A stretch of 64,000 nt of DNA, taken from positions 1,550,001 through 1,614,000 of the forward strand of contig CDLV01000010.1 of NCBI GenBank assembly GCA_001244265.2, given 5' to 3'. The notes below the pieces were generated by a model that did no database searches, was not told where the DNA came from, and worked only from the letters and a program-made list of their open reading frames with translations. How positions within the stretch are numbered: position 1 is the stretch's first letter; every line of letters begins with the position of its first letter. This document shows positions 63,000 through 64,000 of this stretch, one piece after another. The DNA is from Microbotryum violaceum (lineage: Eukaryota). The position numbers and the translations under genes are program-made.

Positions 63000-63594
63000 A
63001 GAAGATTATTTCTATTTGCGCGAGTCCGAGGCTGTGTAAATGGTACAAAAAGCCTCCAGTCGAGATCCTTATCTGTTTGAAAGCTCTGATAGACGAGTCT
63101 GTAGTTGCTTGCAATCGACATTCGCTGTTGAGGAAGACCGCGATACCGAACGACCCCTGTTCTTTACAGATTGCTTCATCGCCCTCTCAATTGTCATGTA
63201 TATGCTGTGGATACGTACCTCTCTTCTTTTTATCCAGTAGAGGACCGCCCCGGGCAAAATGTTCCAAGGTAGATGCTGGCCAAACAGGATCTCCGGCACC
63301 GCGAGCTTAAATTACGGTGTGCAGACCACTGCGGCTGAACCCACCAAAGCGCGGCGGCGGAGCGCGGCAGTCGCGGTGCCCCCGCGGCCCAACCGGGAGT
63401 CCGACCCGAAGCCCTTCGCGCCCACCCCGGCGGAGCCCACTCGGCATGCGTAGGCCGCTCATGGTAGCGGAGCATCAACTCAGATTCGACTTCGTATGTT
63501 CGCACGGCGACAAGTCATCAGGAAGTTCGACCTTCTCCCTCTCCCCACTCTCCCGAATTGCTCACTCTCTCGACGCTACACTACATTTGTCGCC

Positions 63595-64000
63595 ATGCCT
63601 ACCACCTTCACCATCGCCACCAAGCCCATTGGGTAAGTCCTTGAGCTCTCAGGGGATTGAAAAGCCTGGCTTTCGCTCTCGGAACCGGGTCAGCGTCGTC
63701 GCTGTTTCCTTTCTCCGCCCCCGAGGCCGAAAACCGCCATGTATTCCATGCATACGACTAACACCGAACCCCTCGATCACCTACAGCAAGCCTACGGTCG
63801 GCGTCAACGGCTTCGACGGCGACCACTTCGGCGAGACCACTCTCCTCAAGGCCGGCTCCACTCGCCCCGGATGGGATGGCGAGACCACCGCCCCCCTCAC
63901 GTCCGACATCATGCTCCAACACGATGTCCCACTCGTCATGCGTGATGGTGCCAAGCTCTACTGCGACGTCTACAAGCCCGCCGATGCCAAAGGCCCGATC
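63595..64000 (+). CDS. Second CocE/NonD-family hydrolase, 5' part only (runs off the window)
   Basis: MPTTFTIATKPIG|KPTVGVNGFDG..GWDGETTAPLTSDIMLQHDVPLVMRDGAKLYCDVYKP aligns with the N-terminus of the 50211-52668 gene. Confidence 0.85.

Overview
Intron-rich, GC-rich fungal DNA. Basidiomycete-type GT[A/G]AG..CTGAC..YAG introns suggest a Microbotryomycete/Pucciniomycotina yeast or smut, which is an inference. 0-15 kb holds core genes: zf-HIT (ZNHIT2-like), PIF1 helicase, MutL-family PMS1/PMS2, a Ser-rich single-pass membrane protein, CBP4 and SNRNP27. 15.5-38.7 kb is transposon-rich. It has a secreted pepsin-fold protein with both catalytic motifs altered, a deleted Helitron with two ~170-bp mini-derivatives, and an intron-containing tRNA-Ser-like gene with the unusual anticodon ACT. 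Starting 58 bp upstream of that tRNA is a head-to-tail stack of four L1/Tx1-clade LINE insertions from two families, whose tail decay increases with distance from the tRNA. The two family-A 3' ends share an RNA structure with compensatory base changes. 39.5-44.8 kb holds the GYP7 Rab-GAP and a DnaJ protein. 45.5-64 kb is a putative catabolic cluster: FAD monooxygenase, PhyH-type Fe/2OG dioxygenase, CocE/NonD hydrolase, MFS transporter and Zn2Cys6 regulator, followed by an AAA+ ATPase and a second CocE/NonD paralog. All four enzyme/transporter genes carry independent lesions (solo-LTR-like insertion, frameshifts, dead splice donors, motif substitutions), while the regulator looks intact. All gene models were assembled by hand from the sequence and no database searches were run.
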